Positions 20,427 to 28,705 of a DNA stretch of 64,000 bases are shown here, one piece after another. How positions within the stretch are numbered: position 1 is the first letter of the stretch; each line of letters opens with the position of its first letter. Source of the stretch: a bacterium (lineage in GTDB: Bacteria > UBA8248); NCBI GenBank assembly GCA_965213625.1, contig CBDBZU010000004.1:1952001-2016000 (forward strand). Direction: 5' to 3'. A program made the translations under genes and the position numbers. The notes below the pieces were generated by a model. It was given only the letters and a program-made list of their open reading frames with translations. It had not been told where the DNA came from and searched no databases.

Positions 20427-20729
20427 TCATCCCCTGCTCATCATCCGGCCCCAGACGAGGTGTTCGCCCCAGAGCTGCAGTCCGCTCCCGGGGACCTTGA
20501 TCCCCGTACAGACGATGAGCTCGTCACGTGCGGGACGCATCTCCCGGACCGCCCGGCGCGAGGCCGTCACGCGTTTTCTTCTGGGCTTCCCGCTCTCAGG
20601 AGAGGGCGCGGGCCTGATGTCGCCCTCTCCCGTGGCTTTATAGCGCTTGACTTCGTATCGCTCGTCCGCCAGGCCAGGGCCCAGGAGATGGGTGAGAAAG
20701 GTGTTCGCTTCGGGTTTCGGTTTACGCAT
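20427..20729 (-). CDS. Hypothetical protein (100 aa)
   Basis: RBS AAGGAGG before ATG 20729; co-oriented with neighbouring leading-region genes. Confidence 0.5.
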   Translation of the reverse strand: MRKPKPEANTFLTHLLGPGLADERYEVKRYKATGEGDIRPAPSPESGKPRRKRVTASRRAVREMRPARDELIVCTGIKVPGSGLQLWGEHLVWGRMMSRG

Positions 20730-21127
20730 CGCGCCGCCTCCTTGTACGGGTGGGTGATGGCGGCGGAAGTGAACCTCGACCGGGAGAGCCTCCCTCCCGG
20801 ACCTTTCCGCCGCCCCCTCCCGGCCCGGCTCCGCCTCCCGGCGGGGCGGGGCGCGCCTGTGGAGGAAGAGAGGGATGCGGCTCGTATTCGCGCATTTTTT
20901 GTCGAATTTTTTTATCAAACCCCGGCGCGTGGAATGGTGGTCGTGAGCGCGTACGGCGGCAAGGCGCAGGAAATCCGCTACAAAATTTCCTTGCACGCGG
21001 ATTGATTTCGGATAATATGGGCGTCCGTGTAGAGGACCGGACGCCGCGGCGAACAAGCAGGGGGGTAGGCCGGGATACGGGGCGCGTGCCGCCGCATGAG
21101 CGGGAGAGAGCGGAGTTCATCGCGCGC

Positions 21128-21475
21128 TCAGGCGATGGGGCCGTGACCGTAGGGATAATCGTCGTCGTATATCTCGCCCTCCTCAAAATCCCTTCGCCAG
21201 GAGTAACGCCCCGTGCGGGTCTCCCAATCGAAGCGATCCTCGTCTTTCTCGGGGAGGGTGTAGGCGGTGAAGGCGGACCGGTCGCCGCGGTACGCCCGCC
21301 ACAGGGCGCCCGAGAGTGCTGTGAGGAATACCCAGAGCGCGGCGAGGAGCCAGGCCGCGGAGATGAAGCGGACGCCCATCCCGCCGCTTATGGCGATAAG
21401 GGTGAAGAGCAGCGCGAGAGCGGGTCCCGCCAGGACGAACAAGTGCGCCGCAGCGGATGGTTTCGGGTTTTTCAT
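21128..21475 (-). CDS. Hypothetical 2-TM protein with acidic C-terminal tail
   Basis: RBS GGAGG; two hydrophobic helices followed by EEGEIYDDDYPY. Confidence 0.6.
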   Translation of the reverse strand: MKNPKPSAAAHLFVLAGPALALLFTLIAISGGMGVRFISAAWLLAALWVFLTALSGALWRAYRGDRSAFTAYTLPEKDEDRFDWETRTGRYSWRRDFEEGEIYDDDYPYGHGPIA

Positions 21476-21736
21476 GGAAAATCCTCCCGGGTCGTGGGTC
21501 GATGGCGGAGGGGCGCGGCGGCCTCTCTCCACCCCGCGCCCTCGGCCCCGGGCTTCTCTCCCCGGCCTCCACCTCTCGCCGGCGGGCGGCGGGATGACGG
21601 CGACTCGGCGCGGCCTCATCGGGGAGGTTCCGGTGGTTTCGCCCGGCCGGCGGCGTTGTCCGGCGGCGCGGCTCGCAGGCGCGTGATTCGAACCCTCCGG
21701 GGAGAAGCGGGCGAAAATATCGAGAGGAGACGCGGG

Positions 21737-22078
21737 ATGGCGAAACAGGCGAAACGAAAGGAAACGGCGCTACGGGCGGCGATGAAAAAATCCGAACTGC
21801 TGGGTGCACTGTCCGATTCGACGGGGCTTCACAAAAAAGACGTGGCCCTGGTGCTCGATGAACTCGGAACTCTCATTGCGCGTCACCTCAAAAGACGCGC
21901 CGTGGGCGTATTCACGCTTCCGGGCCTTTTGAAGATCGAAGTCGCGCGCAAGCCGGCGAGAAAGGCGCGCCGGATGATCCTGCCCTTCAGCGGCGAGGAG
22001 ATCAGCGTGCCCGCGAAGCCCGCCTCGCGGACGGTCCGCCTCCGGCCGCTCACGGGGCTCAGGCGCATGGCGGAATAG
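21737..22078 (+). CDS. HU-family DNA-binding protein
   Basis: MKKSELLGALSDSTGLHKKDV...FTLPGLLKI..KPARKAR..PFSGEEI..PAKPA. Confidence 0.9.
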   Translation: MAKQAKRKETALRAAMKKSELLGALSDSTGLHKKDVALVLDELGTLIARHLKRRAVGVFTLPGLLKIEVARKPARKARRMILPFSGEEISVPAKPASRTVRLRPLTGLRRMAE

Positions 22079-22269
22079 AGAGCGATTCACCGGCCGGAGG
22101 GCGCCGATGCGCCCTCATCGCTTCCCGGCAAGGTCCGGACGATGGCGGTGGCCGCTCCCGTGCGGGGCGGCGCCCGGGGTTCAGGCGCCATCATTCGGAA
22201 GGAAGGGGAAGATGCGGAAACCGGGCATCCCGGTTGCAATCCGAACGGCGTTGCCGTACATATGGATAC

Positions 22270-22560
22270 ATGATCATTCGTTCTGTTCGTCATCGGGGAC
22301 TGCGTCGCCTGCTTGAAAATGATTCTTCCCGATTCCTGCGTCAGGATTTGGTGGACAGGGCGCGAAACATCATGACGGCGCTGATTCTTGCCGAAGACAT
22401 GGACGGGTTCATCGCCGAAGCGCCTCCCGGTTGGCGCATACACCGGCTTGGGGGAGCGCGTCGGGGCGTGTGGAGCGTTGCGGTGTCCGGCAACTGGCGA
22501 ATCACTTTTTCCGAAGAAGACGGCCGCCTAGACCATCTCAATCTGGAGGATTACCACTGA
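22270..22560 (+). CDS. higB: HigB toxin (RelE-like killer family)
   Basis: IRSVRHRGLRRL...WRIHRL.G.R.GVWSVAVSGNWRITF...LEDYH; toxin-first gene order. Confidence 0.92.
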   Translation: MIIRSVRHRGLRRLLENDSSRFLRQDLVDRARNIMTALILAEDMDGFIAEAPPGWRIHRLGGARRGVWSVAVSGNWRITFSEEDGRLDHLNLEDYH

Positions 22561-22865
22561 TGGCGAGAGACGGTATCGAGGTGCGCATGACCCCGTCGCA
22601 TCCCGGAAGGTTCATACGCACGGAGGTGCTCGAAACGCTGGGCTTGAGCGTGACGAGGAGCGCCGAGATTCTCGGTGTTCGCCGGGCGACGCTTTCGGCC
22701 CTGCTGAACGGCAACGCGTCGCTGTCGCCGGAGATGGCGCTACGTATCGAGCAGGCTTTCGGCGTAAGCATGGACATGTTGTTGCGGATGCAGGCCTGGT
22801 GCGACGCCTCGCGCATGCGGGTGCGGGCGGGCGAGATAAACGTGAAGCGTTATCACCCCGCATAG
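22560..22865 (+). CDS. higA: HigA antitoxin
   Basis: HPGRFIR...LGVRRATLSALLNG...SPEMALRIEQAFG...LRMQ; TGATG overlap with higB. Confidence 0.92.
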   Translation: MARDGIEVRMTPSHPGRFIRTEVLETLGLSVTRSAEILGVRRATLSALLNGNASLSPEMALRIEQAFGVSMDMLLRMQAWCDASRMRVRAGEINVKRYHPA

Positions 22866-23008
22866 CCTGCGGAAGCGCGGGAGTGAATGGTTTTCCGGAC
22901 CCGGTCGCGCATCATGCGGATATGAGAACTGGCGTCGATTCTCCGGGGAGCGAGTGAGCGCGAGAAGCCTTGCGTATCAGGGAGGTCGGAAGGACGCGGC
23001 CCGCGCCG

Positions 23009-24214
23009 CTACGGGGCGTGTTCTGAATCGAGAGCCCGCCTCCAGTCATCCTCCAATATGTCGTCGGCGATGCTCGCGGCGACGCGCTCGGCCGACTCGC
23101 GCACCGACTCGCGCGCGAGGTGCGCGTAGCGCGACGTGGTCTTGATCTGGGAGTGCCCCAGGAGTTTTCCGATCATCGTGAGGCTCTCGCCCAGGGCCAG
23201 GGCGCGCGAGGCGTAGGAATGCCTGAGGTCGTGGATCCGCACGTTCTCAAGACCAGCGCGCGAGCAGACGCTCTTCCAGATATGGTTGATGGAGCCGAGG
23301 TGCTCGCCGGGGTTCCTGGCAGGAAACACCCACGGGCTCCCGGGCGTCCTGGGCAGGGCGGAGAGGAGCTTGAGCGCCGGCGGCGATAAGGATACCACCC
23401 GTGCGCCCGTCTTGGCGTCGGGCAACCTGAATTCACGAGCCTCAAGCGAGACGTTCTCCCAGCGGAGCGAGAGTATCTCGCTCTTCCGGCACCCGGTCAG
23501 CATCAGAAGGCGGATGGCCGCCACCGCTCCCGCCGAACCGCGCCTGTTTTGGGCCTCCTCCAGGATGCGCCCCAGGCGGGTGTACTCCTTATCGGTCAGG
23601 AAGCGTTCGCGCTTGCGGTCGGGATACTTCACGATGGCGCGGCACGGGTTGCATTCCCCGGGGACCATGCCCCAGCCCTCGCCCAGCCTGTACATCAGCT
23701 TCAGGGTGCGGATCACCATGTTCGCCATGCAGGGTGTCCTGCCCAGCCGCTGGTGCAACTCCACGACCTGCGCGCGCTTGAGCGCCGCAAGCGGCGCCCT
23801 GCCCAGGGCCGGGAGGATGTGCTTGTACACCACCGCGCGGGCGAGATCCCCGGTGCTCGGCTTGCAGCGGACCGCCACGTGCTCCTCCATGTAGCGCCTC
23901 GCGAGATCGGCCACCGTGGGGTCTCCCGCGGGCTTCGCCGGTCTGGACGCTACTTCCTCGCCCGCCTTCACCCGCGCGATGACCGAGGCCGCGCGCTTCC
24001 TCGCCTCATCCGCGTTGATCACCCCGTGCCGACCCACCGTCACGCGCCTGGGACCCTTCGGCCCCCGGACCTGGGCGACGTAGACCTTGCTCCCCGTGGG
24101 GTAGACACGCACACCGAAGCCCGTGAGGTCGCGATCCCAGAAAACAGAGTCTTTTTCGACGACAAGCTTCTCCACCATGCGGTTCGAGAGCGTCCCGCCC
24201 TGCAGCTTCGCCAT
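23009..24214 (-). CDS. Tyrosine integrase with arm-binding N-terminal domain (copy 2)
   Basis: FWDRDLTGFGVRVYPTG; TGCRKSEI; HDLRHSYAS; LLGHSQIKTTSRYAH. Confidence 0.95.
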   Translation of the reverse strand: MAKLQGGTLSNRMVEKLVVEKDSVFWDRDLTGFGVRVYPTGSKVYVAQVRGPKGPRRVTVGRHGVINADEARKRAASVIARVKAGEEVASRPAKPAGDPTVADLARRYMEEHVAVRCKPSTGDLARAVVYKHILPALGRAPLAALKRAQVVELHQRLGRTPCMANMVIRTLKLMYRLGEGWGMVPGECNPCRAIVKYPDRKRERFLTDKEYTRLGRILEEAQNRRGSAGAVAAIRLLMLTGCRKSEILSLRWENVSLEAREFRLPDAKTGARVVSLSPPALKLLSALPRTPGSPWVFPARNPGEHLGSINHIWKSVCSRAGLENVRIHDLRHSYASRALALGESLTMIGKLLGHSQIKTTSRYAHLARESVRESAERVAASIADDILEDDWRRALDSEHAP

Positions 24215-24230
24215 CTCCGGTGCCTCCCCG

Positions 24231-25412
24231 TTATTCCGCCCGGGCTTCCGTGGCCCGTGGCTCCAGATGGACCCCAATGCTCTCCCCCACCCGGGCGGCC
24301 GCCGTCTTCTCCGCCTCGCGCATCAGGTGCGCGTAGCGCGCCGTCGTCGATATCCCTGCGTGTCCGAGCAGCTTCGCTATTGTGGGCAGCCCCTCGCCCA
24401 GCGCGAGCGCCCGGCTGGCGTAGGAGTGTCTCAGGTCGTGGACCCTTACGTCTTCGAGTCCCGCGCGCGCCCGCACCCGCCGCCAGACCAGTTCGAAGTA
24501 GGGCTTGTGGCTCCTCCCTTCCCGCCCGGGGAACACGCGGGCTTCCCCCGGCGTGCGCGGGACTTGACCGAGCACCACGAGTGCGGGAACCGTCAGGTGG
24601 ACCATGCGTGGCCCCGACTTCGCGTCCCTGAGCCTGAGCTCCCCCGCCGTGAGGTCCACGTCGTCCCAGCTGAGTTCCAGAATCTCGCATTTCCTGCACC
24701 CGGTCAGCATCACGAGGCGGAGCGCCGCAATCGTGGACGGCCGGGCCGACCCCTCCGCCTCCGCTTCGCGCAGCGCACGGCCCAGGCGGCGGAACTCCTC
24801 GGGCGTCAGAAAACGTTCGCGGGGGCGCCTTCGGTAGCGGCGCACCGCCCGACAAGGATTGCTCCCGGGCGGTATGAGGTCCCACGCCTCGGCCAGCACG
24901 TACATTCTAGAGAGCACGTCGACCGCTATGTCGGCCGCCTTGGGCGTCTCGCGCATGCGGTGGTGCATGGCCATGACGTCGCCTCCCGTGACCTCGCCGA
25001 TCCCCATCTCGCCAAAAGTCGGCAGGACGTGCTTCTCCAGCGTGCCTCCGTACGAAACGGCGGTGATCGGTTTGCAGTGCGCCGATACGTGGACGCGCAT
25101 GAAGCGCTCCGCCAGCCCCGCCACGGTGAGCTCCGCATCTGGTGCGGGGTTCTCCCCCCGCTTGATGCGGTCGATGAGGGCGGCGGCAAGCTTGCGCGCC
25201 TCGTCGCACGATATATCCCCGTGACGGCCCAGCGTCTTGCGATTCAGCCCGCCCGGCCCCCTCGACTGCACCACGTAGACCTTCCGACCCGTGGGATAGA
25301 CGCGCACACCGAAACCGGCCAGATCCCTGTCCCAGAAGACCACGTCCTTCCCCTCGACTTTGAGCGCGTCGACGGCGCGCTTCGTGAGCCTGCTCTTGCT
25401 TCTTTTCGGCAT
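24231..25412 (-). CDS. Tyrosine integrase with arm-binding N-terminal domain (copy 1)
   Basis: FWDRDLAGFGVRVYPTG; TGCRKCEI; HDLRHSYAS; LLGHAGISTTARYAH. Confidence 0.95.
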   Translation of the reverse strand: MPKRSKSRLTKRAVDALKVEGKDVVFWDRDLAGFGVRVYPTGRKVYVVQSRGPGGLNRKTLGRHGDISCDEARKLAAALIDRIKRGENPAPDAELTVAGLAERFMRVHVSAHCKPITAVSYGGTLEKHVLPTFGEMGIGEVTGGDVMAMHHRMRETPKAADIAVDVLSRMYVLAEAWDLIPPGSNPCRAVRRYRRRPRERFLTPEEFRRLGRALREAEAEGSARPSTIAALRLVMLTGCRKCEILELSWDDVDLTAGELRLRDAKSGPRMVHLTVPALVVLGQVPRTPGEARVFPGREGRSHKPYFELVWRRVRARAGLEDVRVHDLRHSYASRALALGEGLPTIAKLLGHAGISTTARYAHLMREAEKTAAARVGESIGVHLEPRATEARAE

Positions 25413-25685
25413 GGTTCCTCCCCTGAAACCGTGATCAAATCGTAAACGCGCGGCATCAAACAGGCGCGTATTGGAGCACACGCCTGACGAGGTTGCAAGC
25501 ACCGGGGAAGGTGGAGATAGAGTTAAACATGAATTAAATCAGTTATTTATCGTATCAGAGCGCGTTCTGTGGGGTGACTGGCGGGGAGAGAAATTTTAAC
25601 GTGTACTTGCCGGCTTTCTCCGAGTAACCTCCTTTCCTTGGCTTTATTTGGGCCGTTAAACCTGGTTGTGTGTTTTCATGGTGGA

Positions 25686-25847
25686 CCGGAGAGCGGGAGC
25701 TTCTCGGGCTCGCCGTCCGGGCCGATTCAAAACACCATTCAGGAGGAGTGCTCTTCAGGTGGGTTTCCCGCCTGTCGGAGGGTGGGTCTTTTTTTTTCCG
25801 CCGTCACCTGGTGGTGACCGCTCCTCGTGAACCGTGTCGCAAACTCG
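25686..25847. ncRNA. Putative structured RNA/ssDNA element, unit B (family unassigned)
   Basis: Homologous to unit A: CCGGA..TCCGG hairpin, long closing stem and AGGTGGG-TTT-CCCGCCT hairpin. Confidence 0.5.
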
Positions 25848-25954
25848 GGTCAATCAAGTATTTCAGCGCAATTGCGCTTCGTCCGGTGCTTCTCCTCTCT
25901 TCTTTTATATATACGGGCAGTGACTTAGCCGTTTTGTGATCGCATTCGGCAGCG

Positions 25955-26126
25955 CCGGAGGGCGAACCCCAGTCGACTCGCAGTCCGGGCTGGTTGCGAC
26001 ACAATCCACGAGGTATAGGTTCTTGAGGTGGGTTCCCGCCTATTTCGCTCCCCCAGGAGGGGACCGTTTTGTATTCAGCGGGCAGCCCGAAGTCGACTGC
26101 ACCTCATGGAGTGTGTCGCAACCTCG
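25955..26126. ncRNA. Putative structured RNA/ssDNA element, unit A (family unassigned)
   Basis: GGTTGCGACAC..TCCACGAGGT pairs with ACCTCATGGA..GTGTCGCAACC; a minus-strand TTGACA (26151-26156) and CAATAT point into it. Confidence 0.55.
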
Positions 26127-26345
26127 ATATTGCTACACCCTTTTGGGTTTTGTCAAGGTGATTTTCTCGCCGTAATCGACCTTTTGTGAAAGGCCGCCTC
26201 GTGGTTGGCGAACAGCCGAAGCCTCATCACCTCGCGGATTGTGTCGCACGAATCCATCTTGGGGGAATTGTGAAGATTTTGTCAAGACGAAGTTTTTGGT
26301 CAGTTCCGACCGGGGAAGGAGGAACTGCGGGCGAGGAGGGGGTTT

Positions 26346-26540
26346 GTAGGGACAGGCCTCCGTGCCTGTCCTCATGGCAACCATCCTGAAAAAGGACAGG
26401 CGCGGAGGCCTCGGACAGGTCGCGACCTGTCCCTACGGATTCGTTTCGCGATGGATTTGCAGGTCGGACATATATTTCCGACATATATGCGGCTCACATG
26501 CCGCAAACCAGACGGGCCGCAAAGATGCGGCCCCTACACG
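26346..26540. repeat. GTAG-type REP cluster downstream of RAYT
   Basis: GTAGGGACAGGCCTCCGTGCCTGTCC, inverted GGACAGGTCGCGACCTGTCCCTAC, GTCGGACATATATTTCCGAC and GGCCGCAAAGATGCGGCCCCTAC. Confidence 0.85.
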
Positions 26541-26565
26541 CGTATGTTGTATGAGGGGGACGTCC

Positions 26566-27099
26566 TTACAGGCGGGTTGCGGTGTTGTACCTGTCGAACG
26601 CCCATTTGAGGGGATTGTTGCGGATGTATTCCCGGATGCGGTTCAGATTTTCTTCGTTGCGGATAATGTGGTCGTAAAACGAGCGTTGCCACCCGAAAGC
26701 GTTCTTGCTCCGGCGTTTTCGCACTTTTCGGGTTACGGATGATTTGAACCCCTGAATGATTTTCGGCAAAACCATTTTCGAGCGGTCGATGTTTTGTCGT
26801 TTCGATTGTAGGGGACGCATATATGCGTCCCGCTCGGGGTTGTTATCCCCAACGATAATCACGATCCCGTGTATATGATTCGGCATCACGACGTAATCAT
26901 CGATGTCCGTATTCGGAAAATGACCGGGGATTGCCAGCCAACATTCTTGCGCAATCATTCCGGTTGCATTCAACTGCATTTTCTCGTCCAAGATCTCGCC
27001 GAAGCAACGGGTGTGATTCCGCGTGCAGATTGTGACGAAATAGTATCCTTGCCGAGAATAATCACGTTCTTGAAGTCTGTTTTCCTTTCTGGATTTCAT
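26566..27099 (-). CDS. REP-associated tyrosine transposase (RAYT/TnpA-REP)
   Basis: RL...DYS..GYYFVTICT, VVMPNHIHGI (HUH) and WQRSFYDHIIRNE...YIRNNP; flanked by REPs. Confidence 0.93.
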   Translation of the reverse strand: MKSRKENRLQERDYSRQGYYFVTICTRNHTRCFGEILDEKMQLNATGMIAQECWLAIPGHFPNTDIDDYVVMPNHIHGIVIIVGDNNPERDAYMRPLQSKRQNIDRSKMVLPKIIQGFKSSVTRKVRKRRSKNAFGWQRSFYDHIIRNEENLNRIREYIRNNPLKWAFDRYNTATRL

Positions 27100-27189
27100 T
27101 TCTCAAAAATAATCCCTTACTGTGAACCCGTTCGGCGGCGCTATTGTTTACATCATATAGAAACCTGGAACCGGACGCATGTATGTGAC

Positions 27190-27435
27190 CGTAGCCGGAC
27201 AGTCCCACGTGCCTGTGCGGCCTCTGCGCCTGTCCCTACGAAAAACCCAAACCCTCATTCATCAATCGGTCTGAATCAATTCCCCCATGGCCGGGATGTC
27301 AATACGCGTGTAGGTCGGACATATATGTCCGACATACATGCGGCCCTGATTATTATGTCCAAGAGGCGGGTCGCATATATGCGACCCCTACACAGGCGTG
27401 GCGATCTTACTATAGGGTCTGACATATATGCGTGG
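27190..27435. repeat. GTAG-type REP cluster upstream of RAYT
   Basis: GTAGGTCGGACATATATGTCCGAC (27310), GGTCGCATATATGCGACCCCTAC and GCCTGTCCCTAC. Confidence 0.8.
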
Positions 27436-27460
27436 GACAATCCAGAGGAGGAATTGTCCC

Positions 27461-28486
27461 CTACGCATCATACGCCCCGTGCACCGCCCGGCTCGCCCCG
27501 TTCCAGCCGGGCATCACCGCGCCGAGCGGCCCGTTGCCGCCCGCGACGATGAGGTGCAAATCTTCCGGCTCGTTCACGGCGCGGATGAAGAAATCGTCGT
27601 TATCCCGCTCCACCGGGTACTCCCACCGCCCGTTCGGCCTGTCCGCCCGCCAGGGGCCGCCGCGCTTGAGCTCGCCCACCTTGCGCCCCGCGTTCTCGCA
27701 AACGTACGCGTGCACGTCCGCGCGCGAATATCCCGCCCGCCCGCAAAGCCGCGCGTGTTCTGGGGACAAGACGAGCACGGTGTCCGACCGCACCCAGATG
27801 GGCCACGAACCCATCGCCGCCATGTTGTCCATGTGGGAGACGAGCAGGCGCTTTGGGTCGCGGTCCACGTCGTTGAAGATGATGTGGGGGTTCTCCACCA
27901 TGACGGCGGTAATGACGTCCTCCTCCGCCCGGTAGCCGCGCGAGACGGCCAGCGACTCCCAGGGGCTCTCCTCCTCGTTCTCCGCCACGCAGAAGGTGAA
28001 GCGCGACGGCTGGCTGTAGATGCTCATGCACGCCACGCGCGCGATTCCGCCCCCCAGGTTCAGCAGCAGGAGCCTGACCGCGCGGCCGATGGTGGCGTTC
28101 GCCCGGAAGCCTGGGCCGAAGCAGCCCTGGCCCCCCGTGACGCCAATCTTCTTCGCATACGGGCCGTTCACGATGAGGAGCGGCGCCACGCTGTGCATGG
28201 TGGCTTGCACCCCGCGCAGGTTGAGCGGTTCCTCGACGATGAGCTCGAGCGCCGCGATGACGACGGGGAGGTATTCCGGCTTGCAGCCCGCCATCACGGC
28301 GTGGGTGGCGACGTCGCGCACCGTGGCGACCGCGTCCAGCGGCGGGACGGGCGTCACCACCGCATCGGGCGAGCGCTTCGTCCCCGCCAGCATGCGCTCG
28401 ATGCGCGCTTCCGTCGGCGTCACGACGGGCAGGCCGTCCGACCAGGGTTTCTCCAGAAAAAATTCGAATTCATCCATCTCGTTCAT
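27461..28486 (-). CDS. Conserved hypothetical protein (WSDGLPVVTPT family), paralog of 55824-56855
   Basis: PWSDGLPVVTPT, AVMAGCKPEYLPV, GPGFRANATIGRA and ENEEESPW motifs. Confidence 0.8.
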   Translation of the reverse strand: MNEMDEFEFFLEKPWSDGLPVVTPTEARIERMLAGTKRSPDAVVTPVPPLDAVATVRDVATHAVMAGCKPEYLPVVIAALELIVEEPLNLRGVQATMHSVAPLLIVNGPYAKKIGVTGGQGCFGPGFRANATIGRAVRLLLLNLGGGIARVACMSIYSQPSRFTFCVAENEEESPWESLAVSRGYRAEEDVITAVMVENPHIIFNDVDRDPKRLLVSHMDNMAAMGSWPIWVRSDTVLVLSPEHARLCGRAGYSRADVHAYVCENAGRKVGELKRGGPWRADRPNGRWEYPVERDNDDFFIRAVNEPEDLHLIVAGGNGPLGAVMPGWNGASRAVHGAYDA

Positions 28487-28583
28487 GGGAGGCTCTCCGG
28501 TGTTGGGTTTATGGCGAAAGGGTCCGGCGGTTTGCGATATTAGGAGCCTATCACGCCGGGCGTTGCCGATCATGGGGCGTGCG

Positions 28584-28683
28584 TAGCGAACAGGCCCTTG
28601 CGCCTGTCCGGCCTCCGTGCCTGTCCGCCGACCTTGTAGCGGACAAGCCCCTGCGCCTGTCCGTGGTCGCGACCTGTGCCTAC
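28584..28683. repeat. GTAG-type REP cluster
   Basis: Two GTAGCG(G/A)ACA..CCC.TGCGCCTGTCC copies plus an inverted half ending CCTAC. Confidence 0.7.
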
Positions 28684-28705
28684 GGAAACAGAAGCCGACC
28701 CCCCA

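Larger units (their letters stand above)
10052..25592. mobile_element. Integrative mobilisable element (MOBF relaxase, tandem tyrosine integrases); left boundary uncertain
   Basis: Relaxase, RHH, oriT candidate, ssb, DUF2493, HU, higBA and two integrases co-occur; no T4SS genes; GTAG-REPs, frequent after 26.3 kb, were not seen here. Confidence 0.8.

Noticed and set aside
20750-25445. Long alternative ORFs such as 20750-22078, 23549-24631 and 24123-25445
   Set aside because: GC-rich shadow frames or 5' extensions of HU and the integrases, with Arg/Pro-rich composition and no motifs.
25677-25725. Minus-strand ...CCGGTCCACCA looked like a tmRNA/tRNA 3' end next to the integrase
   Set aside because: No GTTCRA T-loop, no matching 5' acceptor strand and no tag reading frame.
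25686-26126. Tandem glycine riboswitch or integron attC interpretation of the paired elements
   Set aside because: The CCGAAG core of glycine aptamers is absent; the ends are GTT...AAC rather than attC RYYYAAC...GTTRRRY, and the integrases are arm-binding type, not IntI.
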